A stretch of 64,000 nucleotides of DNA, from positions 124,001 to 188,000 of the forward strand of contig NW_026927384.1 in NCBI RefSeq assembly GCF_032062105.1. The letters run 5' to 3'. Source of the stretch: Saccostrea cucullata (Eukaryota). The notes below the pieces were generated by a model that searched no databases, was not told where the DNA came from, and was given only the letters and a program-made list of their open reading frames with translations. Position 1 is the first letter of the stretch. Each line of letters begins with the position of its first letter. Shown piece by piece: positions 24,245 to 36,483 of the stretch. The translations under genes were made by a program, and so were the position numbers.

Positions 24245-27200
24245 CTAAGAGTTATTGGGGCTGGGTATATCTGATATTTCTTGTACATGGTCTATAAGTC
24301 CAAATTCTTTGGCCTCCTGTGGGGTTAAGTACTTGTCTCTTTCCATTATTTGTTCTGAAATATACAATCAATCCATGTCCTTTTTAAAAATTCCTACAAA
24401 TTTAATGGCATTGAATTTATTCACAAGTCCATATTTAGCAATAAAAACATTCTTACCATTGCAATTTTTAGATACTGGTAAATTAAGATACAGATTCTTG
24501 TTCCTTCTTTTTATCAGGATCAGATAAACACTTTACAGCAGTAAATATTCAATAACCTCATCAAAATAACCTTGACTGTCCTTGAGTACCATTCTTTAGT
24601 ATTATTTTCCTTTTTGTAGGATTTATATCGTTGATATTGTCAATACACTGTTTATCCACAAAAATCATTAAAAGGTAATTCATGTGATGCCAGAAATAGA
24701 TTTAATATCAGGTTAACTTGTAAAATTACTGATTATACTAATTCTCAATTTCACCAAAACATTAAACCCATAATGTTTGGGTGATCCTGATTCAAGGTCA
24801 TAGCTACGAGGTTGTGAGGCATATGGAACACAAAACAGTACAACTCAGCTCTGTAAGAAACTGGGACTTCAATTTTTAATTCCTTAGAACTAAGACTCTG
24901 TCTGCCTAAGGAACATAATGAAAAGCTGCCATGTGGAATCATACAAAATACTTTATAACTACATTTCCTTTTAACTGAGTTCATTATAATCAAGTCTTAC
25001 TGTTTCTGGATTCATTCTTATTAAAGGTTGAAATGTTAAGCTTTTTATATATGATACATGAAAAACTGACAAATATTATATAACCAATTCAATGTATCTC
25101 TTTCCACCATCCACATTACACAGAAAATCAGCTAATAAGGAAAGTAGTGGAGCCCTACCTATGGTTTCATATGGCATCTTGGTATGTTGGACATAAATCT
25201 CATTCAGTCGTCGTTTGACTTTCTGTAAATGTTCTGCCTGTATCTGTATATCTGTCACCTGGCCCTGAATAAACAAAAAACAGCCGTCAATGAATTGTTT
25301 AGTAAAACTCACTTATAACGGAGAGGTATGGATGGACGATTATAATACTGTATGTGTACATAATTTGACAAATTCAAAATTTAGCGCAATCAATGGATAT
25401 AGAGTTATTGGCGTAATCATGAATTAGCGCTATACACATATTCTATTTATAAATGAATTAGTAGCGATATTCATGAATTAGTGCATCATTGTCTGCGCCA
25501 AGGCCAATAAAATATGAAGCCTGCTATTTTAAGTATAGTAACAGTATGCTTACAATGTTACATCCAATGAGTTTACAAATATACTCTGATATCTCCTACA
25601 AGGATATCTTGAATACATGGATATGTCGAATGATTCCTGATCAAGTATTTCATTAGTATCTCTACCCTTAATATCTTGAATCCTCTGATATCACGAAGTT
25701 TTTTCTTGGTCCTATCAAATTCGAGATATAGAGGTTGGACTGTATTTAAAGCCATGGGGATTGAAAATCACATTGCTATAAGCACCAATAAGTTATAAGT
25801 AAATTCACTTTATTAAAGCATGTTTCACTATATCAGTTCTTTTGCAGAAATACAGTTGTACATGTACATCATAAAATATTCAAAAAACAGACAAATAATT
25901 TTTAATCTACATTCTCTGCCCTTTGAAAAATCAAAGTACCAAATTCAAATTTACTTACATCATTTTTTCAATGCACAGAAGAGAGATATAAAGAGTTAGA
26001 CAACTCCAGCTCCTCCTGATGCTTGTAACTTACCAAGCACACGCTAAAAACTGTCTCCTTTCCAAATACATATGATGTATGTAACCTTATATCCAAGCAT
26101 TTTCTGATGATCATGACCCCTGTTGCCTGTAACCTACCCCAGCACTTCCTCCTGCTGTCACCTACCCTGGCACCTCAAGATCCTACACTGTAATCTATCA
26201 AACATTAGCTAATCCGCAACCCTACCCTAGCACCTTCTGATGAGAGTAATCTACCCTGGCACCTGCTGATGCCTGTAAACTTCCCTACTGAAGCAAGCTG
26301 TATTAAGCTACCCTGGTTCCCCTCTGACCTGTAGCCTTCTGATGTCTGTATAGTACCCCAACACTTCTAAAGCCTGTAACTTATCCCGGCACCCCCTGAA
26401 GCCTGTAACTTACCCCACACCCCCTGAATCCTGTACATATGTAACTTACCCCGGCACCCCCTGAAGGCTGATGCACCATTATTGTGGAGTTAGGTAGAGC
26501 TTTCCTCATTCCTGGGGCACCAGCTGCCAAAAGAAAGGCTCCCATACTGCAGGCCTGGCCCAGACACCAGGTAGCCACTGGAGGGGTGATATACTGCATT
26601 GTGTCATAAATCCCTAGCCCCTGTGTCACAATCCCTCCAGGGGAGTTAATGTACATGTGGATTGGCTCTTTGGAGTTTTGGAACTGCAGGAAAAGAAGTT
26701 GGGCCACAACTGCTGATGCCATTTCCTCTGTCACCTGAACAAAACATAAATGAAAAAAAAAATATTGTGATAACTGACACTGTTCCAAAATTCTTTCATT
26801 AACATGTTGACCAAGAGATATTCATAGAAAAACAAGCTAGTTTTTTTTTTAATACAGCTGCATGCACAAGCAATTTCAAAGAATTTTTGCCTTTCACTTT
26901 TGGTGTCTACGTGATTTAAATGCAATTAATTACAGTATATTGCAACTGTCTTGTTTGTTTGTCTTGTTGGTCGGTCCTTCATTCAAAAAAAAGATTAAAG
27001 TGTTTGCATTAAATAAAGTTATGATCAAGATTAAATTGTCCTACATCAATTCTTAAGATTAAAATCATATAATGATGCATCCCAAAGGTCTCGTCACAAG
27101 TAATTAATAAAATTTGAAAGCAATTCTGAATTGCTGAAGTGCCTTAGTGGAGAAAGATTATGAGAACTCTAATACAGAAAAGAATCTTTAGATAATCTTT

Positions 27201-27859
27201 CCAGATTTGATTCAATGACATGTATTCACTGAAATCAAGTTCTGTCAAATAGATCTGAACAGAAATGAATCCTTTACTGCTGAGAGGACTTACTGGACCA
27301 AACACACACACGATCCTACTGATGAGGAGTCTGGAGTAAATGTCGTAAGCCCGCTCTCCTCCGTCTCCCTTCTCTATCACGATAGGAACTCGGTAAAATC
27401 GACATCCTACTGGCCGAAGTAACTGATCACAGAGAAACTGAAATATTAAACCCACCATCAGACATGCCAAAGGAAGGATGATTTTATTGAAATGAGTATT
27501 CAAAATTGAAATTGCAAAAATATATTGTTATTTGTCATGTTTGTTGCAGATAACAGGGGTAAAAAATACAGGATTTACCTGGATTTTACTTAATTATGAA
27601 TCCTTAAATACTCAGCTCTATTGTAATCAAAATAAAACAAAAAAATGTAAGCTGCATGCTGGCAAGTTCTGAAGATCATGAACCATGAGACTTGCATAAG
27701 CTGATAAGACAGTATAAATGCATTTAAAAAATAAAATTTAAGCTTAATTACACTTTCTAAGCATTATTAAAGAGTTAAACCATATAAACAAATACTAGAT
27801 CGATGTAATCCTAGCGGGAGATTTCTTACTTTTGATGAATGTCGTATCAAAGACAGCAT
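24245..27859 (-). CDS. CLPP: ATP-dependent Clp protease proteolytic subunit, mitochondrial (exons 27859-27830, 27422-27294, 26734-26450, 25264-25159, 24354-24245)
   Basis: [38 protein letters not shown], catalytic QACSMG / MVHQP / [19 protein letters not shown]. Basic transit-peptide-like N-terminus [18 protein letters not shown]. All introns GT-AG with consistent phases. Confidence 0.95.
26005..26470 (-). repeat. ~29-bp tandem repeat anchored on the ClpP exon 3 donor, decaying into the intron
   Basis: Minus-strand unit caggcttcagggggtgccggg|gtaagtta, repeated with increasing divergence. Confidence 0.75.
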
Positions 27860-27930
27860 GTTTCGTCTGTCAATGTTGTGCTTACTTTTACCAAACGCGC
27901 GTGTTACGATTTTACTCTTCACTTCCGGTA
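27860..27930. promoter_or_regulatory. Probable bidirectional promoter (ClpP / CARD-TPR gene)
   Basis: ClpP ATG at 27859 (-). ETS-like ACTTCCGG (27921-27928) overlaps a + strand donor G|GTAAGA. Acceptor ttttag|G lies immediately before the ATG at 28401. Confidence 0.5.
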
Positions 27931-28400
27931 AGAAACTCGCGTGTAGCAGAACATTAGTTGAGCTCGGCAACCCTGCAAAATGTTTTGACGATTTAGAAAA
28001 AAAAATATTGGATAACACTTAGCAGACAAAATGTAAGCATGAAGTACTTATACATCTAGATTTTTTTTAATCAATTGAACTAGATTGTATTTTCTATATT
28101 ATTTGAAAAAACACCGAAAATGTGTGGTTGCTAGGGCCACTTGCAGGTGCTCGAAACCATTTTACATGTTGTATACCGAGTAGCTATACTTTCAATAATG
28201 TGGAGAAGAAATGGAAATAATAAATCAAAACTTTTTAATAAGACTTTTATAAAAAAGATTTTTTGGGGTAATACTAGTATTTGTTTACAGATTCTATAAA
28301 ACAGGGTATGTCACTATGTGTAGACCACTAAAAACAAATGTTTATGTTATTCTAAAAAATGTATGAGCTTACAATTTTGTTTTAAAAAAATTGTTTTAGG

Positions 28401-31400
28401 ATGACAGAGTCATTACACAGTGAGTCGGGTGTTGACAGACAAAATATAATGCGTCTGAGAATCAACAGAATTGCTCTGGTGCAGGAACTGCGAACTGAAC
28501 ATATCATTAACCATTTACTGCAGACGGGAGTATTATCCGAGTTTGACCGTGAACGCATAGACCGAGGAACAACACCAGCAGATAAAGCCAGGAGACTTGT
28601 AGACATTGTAACAACTAAAACACATGTACCAGACTGGTATAATATATTTAGACAATCCATCTTATCCCCAGAGGGAGCTAACGCTGAGACAAAGAAGCGG
28701 TATCGCTCGCTCGTAGAGTTCCTTGATAACACTGTCATACACCGCCCAGTGTCTCAATCCTCAAAATTCAGCGGTAGCTCCACTGCCTCCATGAAACTGC
28801 CACATTATGAACCACTGCCAGAAATCTCAGACCAACAGAAGGGAAGGACTAGGGCCGAGGGCCATAATTACACCAAGAAACGAATGGAGGAGGAACTGAT
28901 GATGGAGAAGGGGGCCAGAGATAATGCCCCGGAGAGAGACGATAAGGGAGTGGTCAGCCGTGACAAACCACCCACCACCATGACACTGGTCAAAGGGTTC
29001 TTCCAGCAGTGGGTCGCCACTCCTGACAACTTCAGATCCCTTCTGCAGGTCTGAGAAATAAAGATTCATTTCCACTACTTAGTGTAGTGGATGTATTTAA
29101 ATTTTCAACAATGTACATATCATTATCTTGCTTCCAAAAACTAGATAATTACAAAGTACAAAAAATTAGATCCATTATTACTCAAAAGTCATTTCTTTAT
29201 TTTCTATTGTGATTTTGAATTATTTTGATTTTTTGTGGGTAACAGATCCCTGAAGATCAGTTCAGAGCGCTTGAAACTTCACAAGACAAATTTGACAAAG
29301 CTCAGCTAGAACAAGAGAGACTTGTGTTTGAAAAGATCAGAAAACTGGAGATGGTAGCGGTACTAGCCAGGAGAAAGCAGCTGCCTGAGGGGTTTGAGCT
29401 CTGCATGTGTGAAGCGGTTCACGATGTTTTATTTGACACAAAAAACCACCACATGTATTTTAAGTATTTGAGGATGTTGGAGAGATCAGACGTAGATCTT
29501 CTCCTTGACATTGTGCAATCCTTCGGCTCCGTGTTGGAGGGGATGGACGTGACCCGTGTGGGATCGGACACCACGCAGTCAGCCATTAAGCTGGGCTTTG
29601 CGTTGATGGATTTCCTTGGTAAGTATGGCTATTTCCAGCAGGCGGAGGGAATAATGACCATCCTCCTGGCTGTCCTCAACCTCTCACACAATGTTGATTC
29701 CTGGATCACCAAGTACAAGGGGTTCGTCAAGCTGATGCATTTCAGGAACATGAACTACGACTTCAGGAAGGTTCAGAACGCGTACGGATTGGTGACGGAG
29801 ATGGAATGGCAGATTTCTATGATGTCGTTTGGACAGGACATTCTGGACAAGACGCCATTTTACGTGGAGATGTCCACCCTGATGCTGGAGTATGGATCTG
29901 CCACGTCAGCCTTTGGTTGGGCACAAAAAGCCATTAAGGTGAGCTGCAATATGGTTCGATTGATCTGTTAATTTTTATTTTAAAAATATTTTATATGAAT
30001 GTTAATAAGAAAATGATATGTAGTTATACACTCTGGTGGGCAATACACAGCCTGTACAAATCAAAATTAAGATTGCCTCTTTTCTAGATGTCTTAATGGT
30101 GAAGCAATTCCTATTATTTAAACTGTACTTAAAGAAGGATAAGCAGAGGAAAAGATTAATTCTTATATAGTAGTTTGATTTTAAAATGCAGAGCTTTAAA
30201 TTGACCAGCCATTCACCCATAGAATTTACCTTTTAAATATTGATTTTATTTATAGTTTTTCATAATCCTACTTTAGCTCAGAGTGAGGGGCTTAACTTTT
30301 AAATATTTGTCAATTAAACTAAAATAAAAGTTTTTTTTTTGTTTTGCTTGTTTGTTTTTAACATATATAGCATAAGTGGACTTCAATTATATATCATCAT
30401 AAGCCAATTCAATTTATTCTTTAAATATTCATTATATCCCTTATAGAGAACATGATGAAAAAATACTGTAAAAACTTTTTCCTGTATTTTTTATTCAGAG
30501 CATGAATCAGGAATCGCCCGCTGATGTGGTTAATGCTCTGTGTGCAGGAGTGATGGCATACTGCGCGAGATGGAATATAAAGAGAGCAGAAACTTTAGCC
30601 ATTCAAGCTGTCCAGCAGGCTAGGTACCTGACTTTATTCTCTCCAAAACAATGAATAATAACTTATTAAGTATATATGTAAAATGAAGATAAGAATCTGA
30701 TAAAACATGTTGCTAGAGGTGTCCCAGTGAAATTAATATTTCATTTCTCTTTACAATTTTCTGTAGGCATCACTTTGGGACCAGCCATCCCTTGTATGTC
30801 AAAGCCCTGCTTCACTTCTCTCATTTCTCCAGCAAGTTCAAACAAGACAGGCAGGCACTCGAGATTGCCAAGGTAACATGTCTACACAGATAATCTGAAG
30901 TTCTATTGCTTCCTTGTGATACACATGTATATGTCATTTCTTTTATGGACCCATACAGCTCTGTTAATGTCCATTTCAAGCATGTCTCTTGGATTTACAG
31001 TCAACTTGTACACAAACCGACTCGTACACAAAGCGACTCGTACACAAAAAGTCAACTCGTACACAAATCAGAAGTCAACTCGTACACAAACTAATGTCAT
31101 TCATAAGTAGGTTTTCCTATGTGATTAAGGTATAGTTTTCCTCAGTGTACAAATATTGAGGAGTCAACTCGTACACAAAGGTTTTTCTTGTACATTTCAA
31201 TCTATTTTATGCCTCTGAATTTACCTTATATACCATATGTGCAGATAGATTTTTTTCCCACAAGATTTTGAATTTCTTAGAAATTAGATCGTCGGTGTCA
31301 ATTTGTATATATTTTTGTTATATAAATATATATTTGATACATAAATGAGATGTCCATTTTTTTGATTCTGTGGATTTAATTTTATATCTTACAATTTTAT

Positions 31401-34400
31401 ATCTTAAACGACATAATAAATTTGATTAAATTGGATTCCTAATTGTTAAATATCACCACAACAAATTTTAATACGTTAACTTTACATTTTAAAAATAGTC
31501 TTCTTTCTTGCAAGTAATATGGATATAAATATATATATTACATTTAGAAAGTAAGAAATTTAATGGCACCATAATGTTTAGTTATTCAAATTAGTAATAT
31601 ATTGTGTAGATAGTAAATTTGATCAAAATACATCGAAACATTGTAATGGTATATCGTATCATTACATACAATTTCCATAAACATTTATCAAATTTATCAA
31701 ATTTAAAAAAGGAATACTTAACTTAAACAGGGTATGATAGAGTAAAATAACTTCTAAAATGTAAAGAACACATACACATTTTATTTAAAATATATGTTAA
31801 ATTTATTATGTTTCAAACCAATGTAGAAAAACCTACACAGAGCAGTTAAATTATAAAAATTAGTGTACTCTAAAGTACTCTGTATAGTAGGACTGTTAAA
31901 AAATTTTAAAAACTTAGTTTTTACAGCAGGACGTTTCTAGCACCATCAGGTGAAGTTTAAAGAAGGGAGAAATTTGGACCAAATTAGGAGCACATTGTAA
32001 TTAGTGTTTGTCGCCGATCCATTTTAGAAACCGCTGCGCTTGTGTTAGTTTAACAATTAATATAATTGGTTGAATTCCTTAGACCTAACAAGAGACATTA
32101 TTAAAATGATAAACCATTATTTAAAGTATAAATTTAAATTTCTTTTCGTCCTTATTTTATTTTTTCTAGATTATACATTATCCATATAAAAATACTTCTT
32201 AACAATTGTAAATAAAACGTTGTGTACGAGTTGACTTCTGATTTGTGTATGAGTTGACTTTTTGTGTACGAGTCGCTTTGTGTACGACTCTGTCTGTGTA
32301 CGAGTTGACTGGACACCATCTCTTGTAACATGTTAGTAAACATATGTACACAGATTTTAAGGTTATATTGCTTCGTTGTAATATGTTTCTTTCTGTAACT
32401 CTGGTTTGGTTATTGTAAACCATCTATTATTTGCGTCATCTTATGCAAATTGTCACGTTTCCATCTATCATTGATGCCCTGGCATACTCTTCTAACTAGA
32501 CAATGATTCCCTTAAATAGCACGAATGAAAAATACCCATTTGATGTGAGTGAATAGGCCATTTAAAATACCTTTATATCAAGATGTCTCTCCTGCAAGTT
32601 ATCTTTCTTTTTTACAGTATACCCTTAGGACTGCCCAGAAAACGTATGGCTGTGAGATGATAGATGTTGCCCTGGCCCATCGGGCAGTGTGTGCGGCCCT
32701 GATGGTCATTCAGGACTTTGAGGACCTGGCGTATTATCACCACGCTACGGAGGCCCTGCGTATTGCCCGGGCTCAGCTCCCAGATCAGTACCACGGAATG
32801 ATGGCCATGTTCCTACATACCTCAGGTCAGTGTTATCTAAGTCTTCTATTGATGGAGGTGGACCGAGTATTTTATCTAAATAAGGTAATAAAATGTGGTT
32901 CATTAGAATAAAAAAAAGATTACCATTTTGCCTTTAGTTTTATGTTTATCAAAACATAACTACTGTCAAATCTTGTTATCCTCAACTGGAAGGGCCTTCA
33001 AAATATCCAGGTTAAAAAAAAAAATGGAAATTATGGGGTGAAGACTTCAAATTCAATTTGACATGCCTATGGTGTTTGAGAAATCAATGTTCAAGATGCT
33101 GAAATTCAACTGTATTTCTAGTTTATGTTAAGTTTATTTTTGTACCTTTTTAGCCTCAGCTCTGCAGTGGAAGGCACGTCACTCATCTAAGGAAGCCCAG
33201 GAGCTGACCCTCAAACAAGCTGAAATCGAGGCCAAACAGGCACTGCTGATCGCCTCTTCCACATACGGAGAAATCAGTCTCCGAACAGCCCAGATGTGTC
33301 AACTACTGGGCGAGATCTACCCCAAAATGGACCAGTAAGTTCTCAGATATCAGTGAATAAGATGTGTCAACTACTGGGCGAGATCTAGCCCATAATGGAC
33401 CAGCAAGTTCTCAGGTATCAGTAAATAAGATGTGTCAACTACTGGGCGAGATCTAGCCCATAATGGACCAGCAAGTTCTCAGCTATCAGTAAATAAGATG
33501 TGTCAACTACTGGGCGAGATCTAGCCCATAATGGACCAGTAAGTTCTCAGCTATCAGTAAATAAGATGTGTCAACTACTGGGCGAGATCTAGCCCATAAT
33601 GGACCAGTAAGTTCTCAAATATCAGTAAATAAAATGGAACATAGGATCTCAGATATCAGTGAATGAGATGGAGCCTAAGGTGTCAGATACCAGTTAACTT
33701 ATTTTATTATACTCTACTGATTTTATTTTCTTTCTTGTGGAGGAAAGTACCGGTAGAATCTACAAATTTACACAAAGATTGCTTATGACCTAAGGTTTTG
33801 TTATGACCTTGACCTAAGGTCATTTGGCAAGTTCAAAGTCACTAAAAGAAAAAAATTCATAATTTGGGTCCAGTTCAGTATGAAAATCAGTTATTATTAA
33901 TCTGTTAATTAAGTTTTCTTTGTTTTATAGATTCCAGCAGGCTGAAGAGATGTTAAAGAGAAGTGTTCTATACATGAAGCTGTGTCAACCAGAGAACAGC
34001 TTCTTCTTAATGTTAGCTAATGCCACACTGGGGACCTTCTATAAGGTTATGGATAAACCAAGGGAGGCCGTCCATTTCCTGCAGCAAGTAGTGAACGCAC
34101 CAGGTAAGTCTCTCCTAAAACATACCCCTACTAAACAGTCACTGTATTATTTCTTACTTTAAAAAGTCCAATAGTTCAACAGACTTTTTACAGTTTTCCC
34201 CGGCTGTCGGTCTAGGAACTGTTAAAAAAGACTTTTAAAGAAGACTGTTGCCCGCTGACTTCATATGGCGCTAAACCGAATTAACTTCACATTCAGTAAA
34301 GGAGTATAACAAAACAGTTATTGTTAGGAGTCTCGAGAAACAATTGACCAGAATGCAAACTGTTGACAGCCGCGGGCATTCCAGTCTAACAAATCAACTG

Positions 34401-34740
34401 TTTCCCTCTACCCCAGTCAACAACTGTTTGCTGATTAAACTTTATAATAAATACAGTTTTTGTAAATGTTTCAGATTGTGGGGTCTATCTGAAGTGGGTC
34501 CACGTCTGCTTTGACACGCTGATCGCCACCTTACAATCACTGAATCGTAACAAAGAAAGTGACCAGTGTCAGATTCATTTGTCTAAGTGGCTCCGTGACA
34601 ATCCCAAATACGACACCACCGTCACGCTCCAACAGCTACAGGAGGAGCCACCTACCATAGAGAAGTTCAAGGACGAGTTTAATGTTTGGGAGAAGAAGGG
34701 GAAAGCCATTATGAGCATGCTGAAGAAAGCCAAAGATTAA
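28401..34740 (+). CDS. CARD + APPBP2(PAT1)-like TPR protein, 799 aa (exons 28401-29048, 29246-29938, 30499-30623, 30767-30872, 32618-32825, 33154-33334, 33931-34103, 34475-34740)
   Basis: 2400 nt, phase-consistent GT-AG introns. N-terminal RLRINRIALVQELRTEHIINHLLQTGVLSEFDRERI..ADKARRLVDIV is CARD-like. AIKLGFALMDFLGKYGYFQQAE, ARHHFGTSHPLY, YGCEMIDVALAH and YGEISLRTAQ..LGEIY..FQQAEEML align in order with recalled APPBP2 motifs. Confidence 0.85.
30998..32311. mobile_element. Intronic foldback-type DNA transposon with modular ~90-bp TIRs
   Basis: CAGTCAACTTGTACACAAA..(ACTCGTACACAAA)n mirrored at 32220-32311. TCTCTTG occurs just outside both ends. AT-rich non-coding interior. Confidence 0.8.
33292..33695 (+). 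repeat. 68-bp tandem repeat x5 (plus degenerate tail) starting inside exon 6 and containing its splice donor
   Basis: Units start at 33292, 33360, 33428, 33496 and 33564: agatgtgtcaactactgggcgagatcta(c/g)ccca(a/t)aatggacca|g(t/c)aagttctcag.. Confidence 0.95.
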
Positions 34741-36483
34741 AGTGTTAAAACTGACAAGGGGAGATAATTCAGCTGTAAATAAACAAATATTACTGTACAG
34801 AAGTATAAATGAACTTAATGAAGTCTTTTTTTTTGAGGGGGGGGGGTCTTTTGTGAATAATTTGTTCATATTTCAAATATGAAATCAATTTATGATCTTA
34901 ATTAGTTAATGATTATTAGGTACACAAAGCGATTACTGGAATGTTAAGAATCTAGTTTCCTTCCCTTTGATAAGATTATGTCCAGTTATTGTACATGTAC
35001 CGGTTAATCGGATTTATGAGAACATTGGCCATAGCAATGTTATACATTTATTGACTGGGTTCAAGGGCTAGGCCGAAGGCAAACAAACTGGTTCAAGGGC
35101 AAAACACAATTTGCTCAAGAACACAATAATTTTTTGTGATAGTTTTTTAAAATATTAATTTTATTTTGACATGCATGTATCCTGTGCTGGCTTCCCTTGT
35201 GTATATTTTATTTACCAGCTCTGAGGTTAAGCTCGGTCTATTCCATCACGGTCGAATACCAAGGAATGCAAATGAGATTTACCTTATCTCATCCATTGTA
35301 TCCAGCAGTTTAATATCTCATTGATAGGTCCAACATCTTGCTCAAGGGTCAAACATCAATTTTTTCATGACGCTCAGTAAAACTCTTAAAAATATTGAAC
35401 TTTTTTAGTGCAGATTTTTATAGGATCAAATTCTTAAAGGTATTACAAAATATCTTTGTATATGCACAGAAAGATGTTGATTACATGGGGCCAATAAATT
35501 TTTGTTGTCCTTGGTTTTTTACTTTTCATTATGATTTTTTTACCTATGAAATTTAATTTCAATATTTTAAAGACCTAGTTATTAATGAAAAATAAATATT
35601 ATTCTGAAGAGCTATATGTGATACCATTTCACCAATTCATTATTTGTTATGTACAGTGTATACAAATTTGTATCATATTGTAACACACTTTGTACTATGC
35701 TCAACTTTTTTTAATGGAATAAACTTTAAAAACATTATATAAATTGTGTAGATAGGTGGAGCGCGTAGTAAAGATAAGAAAGTGTTTTGAAGAATTGAAA
35801 AATTTAAACTTGCAGAAAAGAAAAGATTTCCAGGTTTGCATATTACTAGTATCTCCAAGTTTATAATTAAGGAAGGACACCCCCCTCCCCATGAAGCTGT
35901 AGAGATCAATGCTAAAATGTATTCTAACAAGCAGGGGAAAAAGGCATCAGTTGTTTTTTAAGGGGGGCACTTGTAACATTGATCTATCAGTAGCCGCCAA
36001 ATCTCAGATAAAGGCAAGTCAGTACAATGTAGGAAGCAATTTCAATAATGTCCTAAATTATTGCATTAATAATTGATATTCTCGACCGCTATAATGCTAA
36101 ATCGCTACTTAATGAAAGAAATATATCATTAAGCGGTTGAGAATGTAGTAATGCAAACATTTATTGCATTGAGTGTTGCATTACAACGCAGTTTTATTTC
36201 TGACAATATGCGACATTTTATCTCGAGTGGTTGTTACAAAACGGATCAGAGATTCCTCGACAAGCAACATGTGCAAAATTATCAGAGCATGACAACATTA
36301 TAAAAGGGGCATAACTGTATATTATAGCACCGATTTTCTATCATATATTGTAAATTAGCATGTGTTTTCTACTAGTATTTTAGGTCTGTACATGTATTTG
36401 CAAAATTAAATGAAAAAATAAAAGAATTTGTAAATTGATAGCTAGCTTCAAAATTTGAATAAGGCCTTCGCTTTCCTATTACA

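Noticed and set aside
24245-27859. ClpP as bacterial contamination or HGT
   Set aside because: It has four spliceosomal introns and a transit-peptide-like N-terminus, so it is the normal nuclear-encoded mitochondrial gene.
30998-31090. Short repeats with variable spacers resembling a mini-CRISPR
   Set aside because: Mirrored at 32220-32311, so it is a modular transposon TIR; spacers are only a few bp.
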